Assembly: GCA_964187785.1 (NCBI GenBank)
Contig: OZ076409.1
Coordinates: 88,164,001 to 88,228,000, forward strand
Length of the DNA stretch: 64,000 nucleotides
Source: Amphiscolops sp. MND2022
Taxonomy: Eukaryota
Reading direction: 5' to 3'
The position numbers and the translations under genes were made by a program. Each line of letters starts with the position of its first letter. Position 1 is the first letter of the stretch. Positions 24,765-36,906 of this stretch are shown in pieces. Below the pieces are notes generated by a model. The model did no database searches, was not told the origin of the DNA, and worked only from the letters and a program-made list of their open reading frames with translations.

Positions 24765-25650
24765 TTACTGCCCAAAAACATTTTGCCAGCCCAGCAGGCT
24801 TCCTTGGATTCCACAGCACCAGCAAAGGGTTCTTGCACTGGAAAAGAATTAGCAACTTTAGACACTTAGCATTGTACTCAAAACGTTTTCAAACTTTTAA
24901 TTTCGCACCAAAATTACTAGCACTTTTGTTACCGCATCTGTATAAGTATAAACAGCACTCATCACAACAAGTTTCGCAGTGGCAGGGGGCCCACCTGATA
25001 TGTTAGGTTTTATAAAGTGCACGATAGGACTTGAAAAACGAAAAATAAAAGTAACAGCTGTTGTCTTGCAAAAGTGTCGTAGTTCATGGCCAACAGAAAC
25101 TGCAAAATAAATAGCACCAATGGTAAAACAGCTCAAAAATTCAAAAAAAATCATCAAAAGTGAGGACCCATTCAGTCTGTTGTCTTAGCAGTGTACCATC
25201 AGATCAAGGTATTGTCTAGGTAGCATAAGCACCAGTGTATATGTAAGAGATGGAAAAAAATGCTTCTCAAGAGGATGTCGACAGCGAGGATAAAGCATAT
25301 CCAAAAAAATTAAAAATCATGAAAACAGATTTTGATATTAAAAACAAATTCCAGGACAATCATTGGAGTTTTAAAAGCACAGCTGCTGGCCAAGCAGATC
25401 TCAGATCTTCGGAGCTCCAGGTGTTTTTGTCATGCTTGGTGTTGAATCCTCTCGGGAGGGTACAGGTATTTTCTTTCGTCCGGTGTTTTCACATCAACAT
25501 GGTTCACACAATTGTGGTACGGAGAACCGAGGTACACCTTAGGCATGAATCGAGCAACGAACACTGATTTTTTTGAGAAGCCTGCTTGGCTTCTGTTGGT
25601 AGATTGTTGGTAGATTGTCTGAAACGTCTGTTTGTCACTCATGCTGCCCT
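24765..25650 (-). pseudogene. Possible multi-exon gene fragment of unknown identity
   Basis: Acceptor-like sites (tttgcag, atatcag, ttttccag) precede short open segments; AGFSKKSVFVARFMPKVYLGSPYHNC weakly recalls the DEG/ENaC PGF...YL.SP..C motif. Confidence 0.25.
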
Positions 25651-26977
25651 GTTTCTGGAGAGCACAAGTAAGGACGTAAATGTAATCAGGGACTGGGAAT
25701 AGGCTTTGGGATGAGTAAGAGGAAGGATACTGAGTTTGAAGTGATTTCTTGGCTTACGATCGTAGTACGATCAGAAAAAGCGTTCTTTTTCAACTATGGT
25801 TGTCACTACTGTACTTGTTGTTCTGTTTTGAGACGCACTGCGTTCAAAGTCTGAACCTCCAAAAGTGCCTATAAACGAGCTCCAGCACCCGAAGAGTACA
25901 CACGACACCAAGCATGCGTGTTCACAACGAACAACGTGCACTTAGGTGACTTTGATAGCAGTCAGGAGGCGAATTTAGATATTGGTTTATCACATCTATG
26001 TCTCGTAGACCATTTTCTCAGAGACTCGAGATCTTAGGGTCAGTAAGTTAAGCACTGAGCAAAGTGATTCAAAAGAACGTGCTGAGGGTGCCGGGTATGT
26101 TAGTGAGGTCGTTTGGGCCCTCACTGGCACGTACATTGACAAAAAGTGTGCGATTTGTCTAAAAAATTACCAAAATCATCAGTTTTTTTGTCAACATGCA
26201 CCTCCGGGGAAAATTAAAATCACTTCTAGCGCTTCTAGCGACCTGAAAAATTCACATTGTTTATTACATAGAACAAATCGTGGGAAATTAACCTCCGATT
26301 GCGCTAAAGTTGACTCTATGTGAAATGCGGGCACTTGACAATGTTCCCTAAAAAATTGACTATGTCATGAAATTCACAGAAAATTGTTAAACTCGCTTTC
26401 TAGAATTCCTAGCTACCTAAAAATTAGTATGCGGGAGCAATGTTTGTCCACAAAACAGAAAAACACGGCGGCGAGGTGCCTGGAATAATATCTGGGGATT
26501 CGGGCTGACAAAACCTTGACGTACCTGAGGTCCACTTTTGCGGGTCAAAATTCACAAAAATGTCAATTTCTCAGCTTTGTGTAGCTGCCGGCTGCTCAAA
26601 GTGCACAAATTGTCGGGATTTAGTACCACGTGAACAAAAATGCTAAACTTTGGGTGCTGCGATACCCTGAAGATATCACTCTGTGCTCAACTAAAATTTT
26701 ATTTTTTTTTGGCAATTTTATGCACTTTCAGAGCAAAACTGCGGCTAAGATTTTTCGAGAGTAAAAATAGTAGCGCCACTAAACTCACGACACTAGGGTA
26801 ACTTTTTGCGTTCTACACGATTATGCAATTTGTTTTTGGCTGCCTTTGCTAGGAGAGATTTCGACGTCCAAAAAACGTGATTTCCGAATTCCCAAAATGT
26901 GGCGAATATAGCACGTTGTTGGCTATTTATCAACAACCACTGGTTGGAAGCACTCGCGGTTACCTGCGTTTGTAACG

Positions 26978-29900
26978 TTACGCTCTATACTAACAGAAAG
27001 TAGGCAAGCGAAACGTGGTAGGTTCCGAACAACGTCCTTCAAAAAATTTTTAGATTGCACTTTTTACACTCTCGGAACAGTACCTATTTTCGTATTTTCG
27101 ACAAGAACTCTTTGTTTTTTTGTTCCTAGACGTTCCGGATGGTTTTAACAGTAGTGTAAGAAAGTGTAATGACTTTATTTGGGGGACTGTGGCTTTTTCA
27201 ATGATTACTTTTGACGTTAAAAACCTCAGGTCTATTGGGTCCTCTACTCAGGTCTTTGTTTACAAGAGAAAATCAAGAAATAAAGTTTCAATTTATATTA
27301 GTAAAGGCTAAAAGATGTCCTGGTAATAGTGTTTCGTACTACTATGCTCGGAAAAAAAGTGTTTCAGCTGCTCTAAAAGCTTGGAAACAAATGCCCAAGG
27401 CTTCGGCCTTGCCAAAATTTGTCAAATGGACAAATTTGACAATTTTTAAACAAAAATAGCTGAATTTTGGCGTTTTTCACAAATTAGTCCAACAAAAGGG
27501 TTTGTTCCTGACCTGGTGTGTCTGTTTGGAACGTGTTTTTAGTCTTCCCATTGGCTGTATCCCATTCTACAAAATTTTGACTTTCAAAATCGGTAGTATC
27601 GAAATTTGAGCTATATGAGGTGTTATTTTCAATGTTTTCGCGCTCAATTTTTTTAACAACTAGTTTGAATACCCACTGGGTAACATTTCCAGTTAGTTTA
27701 CGTTGCAATAGGACTGGGAATACGGTTTTTAGGCTGATAAAGAGGGAAAACTGGGCAATTAACCCGATTGATGTGGGGGTGCTGCAATCAAAAAGGTGTT
27801 AGGACAATCCTCGTGTAGGACGTCACGTCTTCGTGTCAGCTAGCGTGAACCTTCACTGCACCTCCTCTCGGTCCTACGAGGATGGTCACTACGGGGCCGT
27901 CTGTTTGTACGTTTTTTTATTCTTTTACGATTTTCCTACCTGCTGGATCGGCCATCTTGAATATGCTTATTTGATATCGCACATTTCGAATTTTTCATCG
28001 AAATTTTGTAACATCGACTGCCTGACATTACATTCTCAGTTATACGCGCTTCAGCCTCGGTGGTTCTCGGGTTCCAAAAAGAGCTTGATTCAAGCGACTG
28101 GGTGCAAGAGCATCCACAACAGTGACATCCAACACCAGCTGTTTACCCGGTATGGAACCAGTTTGTAGAAACCAGTTTGTAGGATCCAGTTTGTAGAGAA
28201 GTGAGGTCCTGTTTGTGGATTTTTTCCTAGAACCTGGATTCTACAAACTGGTTGAGTCCAGTTTGTAGAATACCAGTTTGTAGAATTTTGGAATTTAAGG
28301 AAAACAATAAGACCAATAATGTTGGAATGATGCAAAGTACCAAACGTGCCTCGGATACGTCCCGATTTCTTTTAGTGCCCCCGGCCCCTTGGGGCTGCTT
28401 ATGTTCCCATCTTATTAAGCGACGTCGAACAGGAGGAAAGACCGAACGATCGTAGTGGGCGCCGGATTTTGCGACAGTGAGGGCGAGCGTGCATACACCG
28501 GATATGCCCCACATTTCAGTTTACGCTCTATACTAACAGAAAGTAGGCAAGCGAAACGTGGTAGGTTCCGAACAAGGTCCTTCAAAAAATTTTTAGATTG
28601 CACTTTTTACACTCTCGGAACAGTACCTATTTTCGTATTTTCGACAAGAACTCTTTGTTTTTTTGTTCCTAGACGTTCCGGATGGTTTTAACAGTAGTGT
28701 AAGAAAGTGTAATGACTTTATTTGGGGGACTGTGGCTTTTTCAATGATTACTTTTGATGTTAAATCCCTCAGGTCTATTGGGTCCTCTACTCAGGTCTTT
28801 GTTTACAAGAGAAAATCAAGAATTAAAGTTTCAATTTATATTAGTAAAGGCTAAAAGATGTCCTGGCAATAGTGTTTCGTACTACTATGCTCGGAAAAAA
28901 AGTGTTTCAGCTGCTCTAAAAGCTTGGAAGCAAATGCCCAAGGCTTCGGCCTTGCCAAAATTTGTCAAAATGGACAAATTTGACAATTTTTAAACAAAAA
29001 TAGCTAAATTTTGGCGTTTTTCACAAATTAGTCCAACAAAAGGGTTTGTTCCTGACCTGGTGTGTCTGTTGGAACGTGTTTTTAGTCTTCCCATTGGCTG
29101 TATCCCATTCTACAAAATTTTGACTTTCAAAATCGGTAGTATCGAAATTTGAGCTATATGAGGTGTTATTTTCAATGTTTTCGCGCTCATTTTTTTTAAG
29201 AACTAGTTTGAATATCCACTGGGTAACATTTCCAGTTAGTTTACGTTGCAATAGGACTGGGAATACGGTTTTTAGGCTGATAAAGAGGGAAAATTGGGGA
29301 ATTACCCCGATTGATGTGGGGGTGCTGCAATCAAAAGGGTGTTAGGACAATCCTCGTGTAGGACGTCACGTCTTCGTGTCAGCTAGCGTGAACCTTCACT
29401 GCACCTCCTCTCGGTCCTACGAGGATGGTCACTACGGGGTCGTCTGTTTGTACGTTTTTTTTATTCTTTTACGATTTTCCTACCTGCTGGATCGGCCATC
29501 TTGAATATGCTTATTTGATATCGCACATTTCGAATTTTTCATCGAAATTTTGTAACATCGACTGCCTGACATTACATTCTCAGTTATACGCGCTTCAGCC
29601 TCGGTGGCGGTGGTTCTCGGGTTGCAAAAAGAGCTTGATTCAGGCGACTGGGTGCAAGAGCATCCACAACAGTGACATCCAACACCAGCTGTTTACCCGG
29701 TATGAAACCAGTTTGTAGAAACCAGTTTGTAGGATCCAGTTTGTAGAAACGTGAGGTCCTGTTTGTGGATTTTTTTCTAGAAACTGGACTCTACAAACTG
29801 GTTGGGTCCAGTTTGTAGAATACCAGTTTGTAGAATTTTGGAATTTAAGGAAAACAATAAGACCAATATTGTTGGAATGATGCAAAGTACGAAACGTGCC

Positions 29901-30070
29901 TCGGATACGTCCCGATTTCCTTTAGTGCCCCCGGCCCCTTGGGGCTGCTCATGTTCCCATCTTACTAAGCGACGTCGAACAGGAGGAAAGACCGAAGCGA
30001 TCGTAGTGGGCGCTGGATTTTGCGACAGTGAGGGCGAGCGTGCATACACCGGATTTGCCCCACATTTCAG
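26978..30070. repeat. Direct tandem duplication, unit ~1543 bp (26978-28520 and 28521-30070)
   Basis: Paired ORFs are offset by 1543-1550 bp; both units start ttacgctctatactaacagaaag. Confidence 0.92.
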
Positions 30071-30283
30071 TTTTTAGATCTTATTCCATTAGATCTTAGG
30101 CAGTAGAGCTCTCAGGATCTAGTGTCAAGGATGTCCGGTTTGTAGAAATTAATGATCCAGTTTGTATATTTTAATGATCCAGTTTGTAGAAAAAAATCTA
30201 CAAGCTGGAGCCTATAGGACCAGTTTGTAGAATTCTACAAACTAGTAAACTACAAACTGGACAAACTGGACACAAAGGGAATA
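28148..30283. mobile_element. Non-autonomous element with clustered, inverted CCAGTTTGTAG subterminal repeats (partly inside the duplication)
   Basis: ccagtttgtag / ctacaaactgg clusters at 28150-28285, 29705-29835 and 30135-30270; CRE sequence resumes at ~30281. Confidence 0.6.
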
Positions 30284-30928
30284 TGGTAACACAGTGTGGG
30301 CGTTTGCCATCAGTTCGATACAGTCCACGCGGTTCGAGCATTGAAGGCAAGTCGAGAAGTCACAAAGTCTGCTTTCTGAGAAAATTGAGAGTGAGAAGCG
30401 ACCAGCATTCTTGGTGCAAGAAAGACCGTGTAAACCGTCCAGTTCAACTCTTTTACCACTGTGTCACGTATGCGCAACACAGATGTTGACTCCGAGACGT
30501 AAACCAATTGAAATTCGAAGCGGCTGACAATCATGTTTCTGGCCTATGTTTTTGCAACGAACGACGTTCAGCCATTGAGACCCGAGTTTGCCTTGACGAG
30601 CGGTAAAAATTTTCGAGCGTTTGTCATCCGTTCTATAAACACTGTGTATTGGATTTTTTTATTCTATGAAAGCAATTCTGTTATGTGTAGAGACGTTCTT
30701 TTGATATTTTTCAGCAATTTTTGAGATTGGTTTTTCTATTACAAAACTTTTGTCATATAAAAGACTTGGTGCTTTCTTGATTAATGTCGGACGACATCAG
30801 AGACTGGCAATTAAAAATTGGAAAACAATTGGAGACAGGCTTTGACCTTTTCAACGGTCCATTACTTCTTGTTCGCCCGGAAAAACAGTTGCTGCTCCAA
30901 ATTAAAAAAAACTTATTAAATAGATAAC

Positions 30929-33600
30929 ATGCATGCTACACGTGGACAGGGACGCTTTCCTAGCAAAACGCACATGTGTGGAAAATGTACAACCAGAGTC
31001 GCCGACAAATCTGATGCAGTACAGTGCTCAACGTGCGTGAATTGGTTCCATCTGGCCCGTAGTGACGTGACGGAAGAAGTGTACCCCAATCTCGAAAGAA
31101 TCAAGGGATGTATATGTTTCTGCGAGTCCTGTTTACAACTGGTCGAGTATGATCTACAACAACCAGGTGGGAAGAAACCTTTTATTGATTCATTGAGGAA
31201 TGTGTTGATTCGACTGTTGAAGCACCTAAAAAGCTTTTTCATGATGATATTGAGCAATTATCAAAAAATATGTCAGAGTGTAAAGAGGAAATTGCCAAAC
31301 ATCAAATGCAAGCGCAGGAAAAAATCATTGATGAACCTTTTTTCCAGAAAAAAGATACGAGTTTGAGAATTAAATTTAACTCATTACAATACATATGCCG
31401 CAAAAGTGGAATTTATCATCAAGTGTAAAGTGTATTTTCCGTAAAACGAGAACGAACCGTATTCTAGTCAAACAGTGCAATGTGTTCCTGGTGAATGTTG
31501 ATGCACTGTGCAATCAGAAATTGCGTATTGTGGTCATTAAGCGTAATGAGAGAGAAGTGGAAACTAGTCAAGAATTTCAACCTACAATTAGCTCAATTCC
31601 GTAACGTGTATAAGACGTAAATTAGTCAATGTTCGACTAGACTCCACTTTTCGAGTACTTAGAGCTAACTACCACGTAAATTAGTCAATGTTTGACTAGA
31701 ATTCACTTTTCGAGTACTTAGAGCTATCTACCACGTAAACTAGTCAATATTTGACTAGAATTCACTTTTCGAGTACTTAGAGCTGAGCACTGAATTTGAA
31801 GGAAGAAAATTTTTGGTACACACCGTGAGTAAAATTAAGTGCGCTTTAAAAATTAGGTAAAAATAATTGTGTAAAATTAAGCGCTTTAATTAAATAAAAT
31901 TAAGTACACACCGTGCGCTTTCCTTTTAAAGACTAGGACGGTAATACCTAGTCGTTACACTGAAACCAACTAACATTCGGTAACAAATTAATTCATCACT
32001 CAAGAAGTAAAATTTCATGCACTCTTACATATTATTACTTCGTTTTTTAATGCCATAATCATATATCCTAATCAACATCACTAACTCATACACTTTCCCA
32101 AAGTAAATTCCAGTCAAAATGATGTGTACCACGATAGAAAAAAAAGATGAATGCTTCACAGTGGAAAACAGTCAAAGTAATCACTAGTTTACAGACTTTG
32201 ATTGTTTTTCACTTTGAAAGTGAATTCCAGTCAAATTGTGTACCAGGTTAAAGTGTAAAACAATCAAATTCCATCTTCGTGTGTGAAGTGGAAACCAGTC
32301 AAAGTACGTAATTGCAGAAACTGTAAAGTAGTCATTTACTCTATTTTGATCACTACGCGTAACGCCAAATCACGCACTGTAACGAGCAAAACACGTAACG
32401 CATATTTAGAATAATAACGTTTTTCCATTGGCTGTACATCGAACTAGCAAGATTTTGCTAGTTCGTTGCGGCATTGTATCGTAATGCGGTATATCCGAGG
32501 CCGATTAAGTGCAGAAACAAACTTTGAACTACGAAGAAGAAAAAGTGAACGGTATCATGGAATTCCTCAATGAAAATCCAACTGTTATCAGAATTTGACA
32601 TTTTGGAAATTTTGATCCTCTCAAGGAGCGACCACGATCAATAATTGTGACGCTCAAAAACCCATGGGATGTCAGGAAATAATTATCAAAGGCACATGAA
32701 CTCCAGACAAAACAAATTTATTTCGAAATCACTAACTTATGAGGAAAGACACGTGGGAAGAACACTGCTATTTAAACGCCAAAAGCTTATCGATTCTGGA
32801 ATTCAACGACAACAGCTGAAGGTAAGAAATCTAAAATTGTATGAGGATGGAAAAAAGATCCAAGTTGGACGAAATTATTCACTACATACCAAGTTAGACG
32901 TTATATTATTCAATTGCCAAAGTATATACTTAGCCGATAGACGTCATATTGTTGCAACCTGTATCTACCAATACATGCCAGACATATGCCTTTTAACCGA
33001 AACATGGCTAAGAAAGGAAACAATGGATGGCGAACATCATTTAGCCCATACCCCATTATAGCCTAGTGCGAGCAGAAAGGAAAAACTAACCCAACACAAC
33101 TGCCCATGGTGGAGTTTTAATAGCAATCCACAAAGACCTCATGTATTCACCAGTCACTTTACCCACTGAATTACAAGTCTCATGTACTCATGTCCGTCTG
33201 CAGCGTTAATTAAACTGTACAACAGAACAATTTGTATTGCTTGTATATACAACCCACCTGATAAAATTACGTACCGTCTACCTATCAACCAGTTGATCGT
33301 CTTTTTTCAAACCATTATTAACCAGACAGCCGATTGCATTATGATAACGGGTGATTTTAATATGCAGTAGACAAAATGGTCGTCTATGATCTCAAGTGAT
33401 CTGTATTAACAAGAGATCTTGGATGAAGTGGATAGACTCAACCTTACACAAATAATAAATTTCTTCACCACCAAGCAGAACACTTTGGATCTTGTGTTTG
33501 TCAATGACCCTGACTATAAAGACGCTGCACGACTACATAGCGAATTTATTAGTTCTTGTGCAGAACCAGTTCATTTCCCATAACCTTGACAGTTAGTTTG
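30929..33600 (+). mobile_element. Decayed LINE (CR1/L2-like): PHD-finger ORF1 and APE endonuclease, interrupted at ~31600-32480
   Basis: CGKC...VQCSTCVNWFH...FCESC PHD finger; RPRSIIVTL; LFNCQS, LTETWL, HGGVLI, CIYNPP, ITGDFN. Confidence 0.85.
31600..31960. mobile_element. Helitron/Helentron-associated (HINE/DINE-like) insert: three 59-bp tandem units and a 3' hairpin
   Basis: Units start at 31619, 31678 and 31737; hairpin GACTAGG-9nt-CCTAGTC at 31931-31953; short gtaacg/cgttac subterminal inversion. Confidence 0.45.
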
Positions 33601-33630
33601 CTATCTCCTCGACATGACTTCCATTCCAGC

Positions 33631-34011
33631 CTACTTTCTTCTACCAATTATTCTTTCAACAGATGTGATTACGACATGTTGAATACACTTATAATTGAAC
33701 AAGCTTTCATGCCCAAATGTTATAGCAACTGACCAAACACTTGACCAAACAAAATTGGACGCGACAATTCTAGTTCTTGGCCCATCGAATGTCCCCTGAT
33801 CTGCATTTTTTTGATTGTCATGCTTTTCATCGGAAGATGGCTGAGTGATGTTTTCGGTGAAAATTTGCTCGCTGTTCTGGAGATTTCCCTCCAATCCTCC
33901 TACGCTAAGCAAACACTCAGCGGAGCTTCGTTGTTGACTTAGCAGCATTCTGGCGCCACTGACTTTCGCTTGTTTGAACAATGAAAGAAAGATGAACTGT
34001 TGCCATAGCAA
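33631..34011 (-). pseudogene. Head of the 3'-cassette sense ORF of Gypsy family A/B
   Basis: 33751-33894 is an inverted copy of 36282-36425, which runs into GGGAG|TGTCA (LTR); ORF starts just after TTCTGATTGGC. Confidence 0.5.
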
Positions 34012-34557
34012 CCGCTGCTTGTTTCTGATTGGCCGAGGACTGATTTTTTATAATCGGAAAATAACAAATGATTTGTCAACAACATATTCTTCGTGAACCA
34101 CTCTCAGTAAAATCAGTTGAAAATCGCCACGATTTCTTTTGCGCATTTCCGCTCCCCTTCGTCGTAGTTTTTTTGAGACTGGCAGCTGTCGTCAAATCAA
34201 ATTCTTGAAGTATTGTAATAGTCAAATTCCATATAGGAATGGTCCATCCCAGAAAATATTTTGAGAACGAGTTGTTTTTGGAAGATAAAGAGAAGGCTGT
34301 CCTAAAATTGGAGAATTTTTCATCGTTTTTCCATCCATTGAATTCAAGTTTTTGGTTTACCTCTGCAGTTGACTGGCATTTCCACTCTTTGAATTTTTGC
34401 CGTGAATTTCATGATGTGCTGTCGTAATCATGGTTGATCAGGCCATTTAATTACAGATCAAATTCCTGTCTTGAGTTTCTTCGATTTCTTTCTCTCCTTC
34501 ATTTCCGTCCGTTCTTTTCAGAGTTTTGATTAAATTCCTCAACTGTCAAGTTGCAAG

Positions 34558-35888
34558 ATGTCAGAAGATCTGAATACTGTCCACTCCTTACCCGAAACTG
34601 AGGCTCAAGAAAGTAAGTATACAGTTCTTTTGTTTTTTCTTTCACACGCGATTGAGATGTTAGGAACCACAAGGCGCTCCTGCTTTTAGCTGATTGTGTC
34701 CATTGACACTTCTGTCCACTAACGACACTGGAAACTGTTCCTCCTTTGCAAACCTTGCCGAATCAAGCTGGAGCCCCTCAGAATTAGCCTGGCCCTGACT
34801 ACTCGACAGGCCAGCTAAACGTGAATGTTCCTTACCTCCCACTGGGTAAGTACCATTTCCAATCGTGCAATTCAGTCCCAAGACCTCTACTCTTCAACGT
34901 CGTCCATTCAGATGCTGATTCCTTTCCGTTTCGTGTTTCAGACCATTTTCCGTGGTACGCTTCTCTTGGAAGTATCACGTTTGGATGGTACGACCGGTAC
35001 CTGAGGGTCATGCTGCGTGAGAGTGTACAGCAGTACAGTGAGTGTGAAATTTCGAATCCTTTTCTTCGTTAAGTTATCGTTTGAACATTAAGATGTAATT
35101 CCGATGTTTCCATCTCATTTTCATGTAATGTCCTTTATGGTCGATTCGCTTTTGAATTCCTAAGAGATTGATCTGAGATGAGTTTTTCTCAAGTTTTCGG
35201 GATAGTGCTATTCGTCTCTTTGCTAAATCGATGTCGCGATGAGTGAGCGATGAGTTTCTTTTCTATTTCAGGTCCAACTCCGGTCCATGCACCAAGGCCT
35301 CGCCCGATTTCCACTTCTGTTGGTATTGGAACTCGTGACTTCGGTGCTGCTACTAGCGACGCCGAGACTCAAGGAGGGCCACCACCATTCGAACTGTCAT
35401 CGTTCCTTCAGAACTTGTCCCTGACTGCCGCTAGCTCCCCAATTCCGAGAGGTCCTAATACTGTGCTGTCCCCGATTTTTAGACAGTTCCTGCTTGCTGG
35501 GCCTTCTGCCTTGAGTCCTCCTCCTGCCCGTGTGACGCTCTGCCAGGGTACTTCCACCCGGGACGAAGTGGAATACGTTGATGTGGCCACTGAAACTGGT
35601 CGTGTTTTCTCGGACAAGGCTGTGCTGGCTGTAGTGGATTGTTGTGATGCTGTTACAGCGTACAATCCACCTGTTGAAACTGGCCCTGCTGCTCTTCTGC
35701 CCGTGCATGGTGATCCCGAGTCGATTGAAACTGTTTTCGTCCCTCCTGGTCTCCGTTCTCCTACCAGTCCCGGGTCTACTGTTGGTCCGGCAGACGACTT
35801 CACAGTCGATGGCTCGTTGGCGGTGCGGTCTGCTTTGAGGCGGCTATTTCTGCATCCGATGCGGATCCTGATGCAACCTCGCCAATGA
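34558..35888 (+). pseudogene. Spliced cargo gene of unknown function (exons 34558-34612, 34664-34845, 34876-35037, 35272-35888)
   Basis: GTAAGT/GTAAGT/GTGAGT donors and TAG/CAG/CAG acceptors; exons 3 and 4 join in frame; one frameshift and stops in exon 2; Pro/Ser/Thr-rich product. Confidence 0.6.
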
Positions 35889-36650
35889 TCCCCCGTCTTG
35901 TCGATTCGGACGACGAACCATTTGCTTCGCGCTTGCCAGGTTACCCAAACAGCTGTTAAAACCTTGTGAAGCTTCCATTTGACTAAATCATTTATTCATC
36001 TACTTTCATTTTCCATTTCTGTATTTTCTCTTCGACTTGAATCTTTTCGATTTTTCGTATGAATACGTTATGTTCTTTTCGTCCTCTTTTCTCAATCTTT
36101 CATCTATTTCACATCGTTTCGAACTTTTTGTTTCTCTTGTTTATGTTTTCATTTAGTCATCATACTTTCCTCACTTGAAATTTTCTAGTCAAGGCAATGT
36201 TGTTTTAACTGTGGGTACTTTTTCACATTTCTCATCTTTTTTTCATCTTTCGAATTTTCTTCGTTTTTACATCTCGTTGACTTGGAGGGAAATCTCCAGA
36301 ACAGCGAGCAATTTTTCACCGGAAACATCACTCAGCCATCTCCAGATTAAAAGCATGACCATCAAAGAAATGCAGATCAGCGGACATTCGATGGGCCAAG
36401 AACTAAAGTTGCCGCGTCCAATTTTAACCAAAAATCACCAAAAATGATGCCGGAATAGGACAATTTGACCAGTGTCTCCTTCTCAGAGAAGATTTACAAG
36501 GGACAGAACAAACGAAGGACTCAGCAATCAGTAACAACGAAGGAATTCTCCCCAACCAAACGAAGGAAAAATAGTCGAAGCCCACGCTGAGAAAACCGCC
36601 CTCCGCACATTTGGCCCCTGCACTCTCAGTCCAAAATCCCTCCCCGGGAG

Positions 36651-36906
36651 TGTCATGCCAGCATGATGGAAACATAATTTACTAAATATCTGTAATGTAG
36701 ATACTATGTCTTACGTACTTAGATATGGGCAATTTGAAGTCATATATTAAGAACTATGGTTGTGAGCAACCGTACGTCAATTGTACTTAAATTTCCTCCC
36801 CCTTGAGTGTGAGTTATATATATAACAGAGGGGATAACTCTATAATACAGAGGTGATGAAGCTTGTTACTTCCATATGCTCCCGCCTCAGAGCGACAGTC
36901 GTGACA
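36651..36906 (+). mobile_element. 256-bp LTR of Gypsy family A/B, preceded by purine-rich GGGAG and followed by internal 5' leader to ~37995
   Basis: TGTCA...TGACA termini; reverse-complement copy at 42097-42352. Confidence 0.8.

Larger units (their letters stand above)
23742..28032. mobile_element. Composite insertion splitting CRE copy 2 (TGT...ACA ends; internal direct repeat 24655-24760 / 27888-27990)
   Basis: CRE sequence stops at gatacttt|tgtaac and resumes after ttaca|ttctcagttatacgcg; TSD not resolved. Confidence 0.45.

Noticed and set aside
31619-31790. 59-bp repeats as a CRISPR array
   Set aside because: Units are contiguous with no unique spacers, there are no cas genes and the context is eukaryotic
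35397-35803. Minus-strand ORFs overlapping the cargo gene, and likewise 54835-55275 on plus
   Set aside because: Antisense shadows of GC-richer coding frames; splice signals support the other strand
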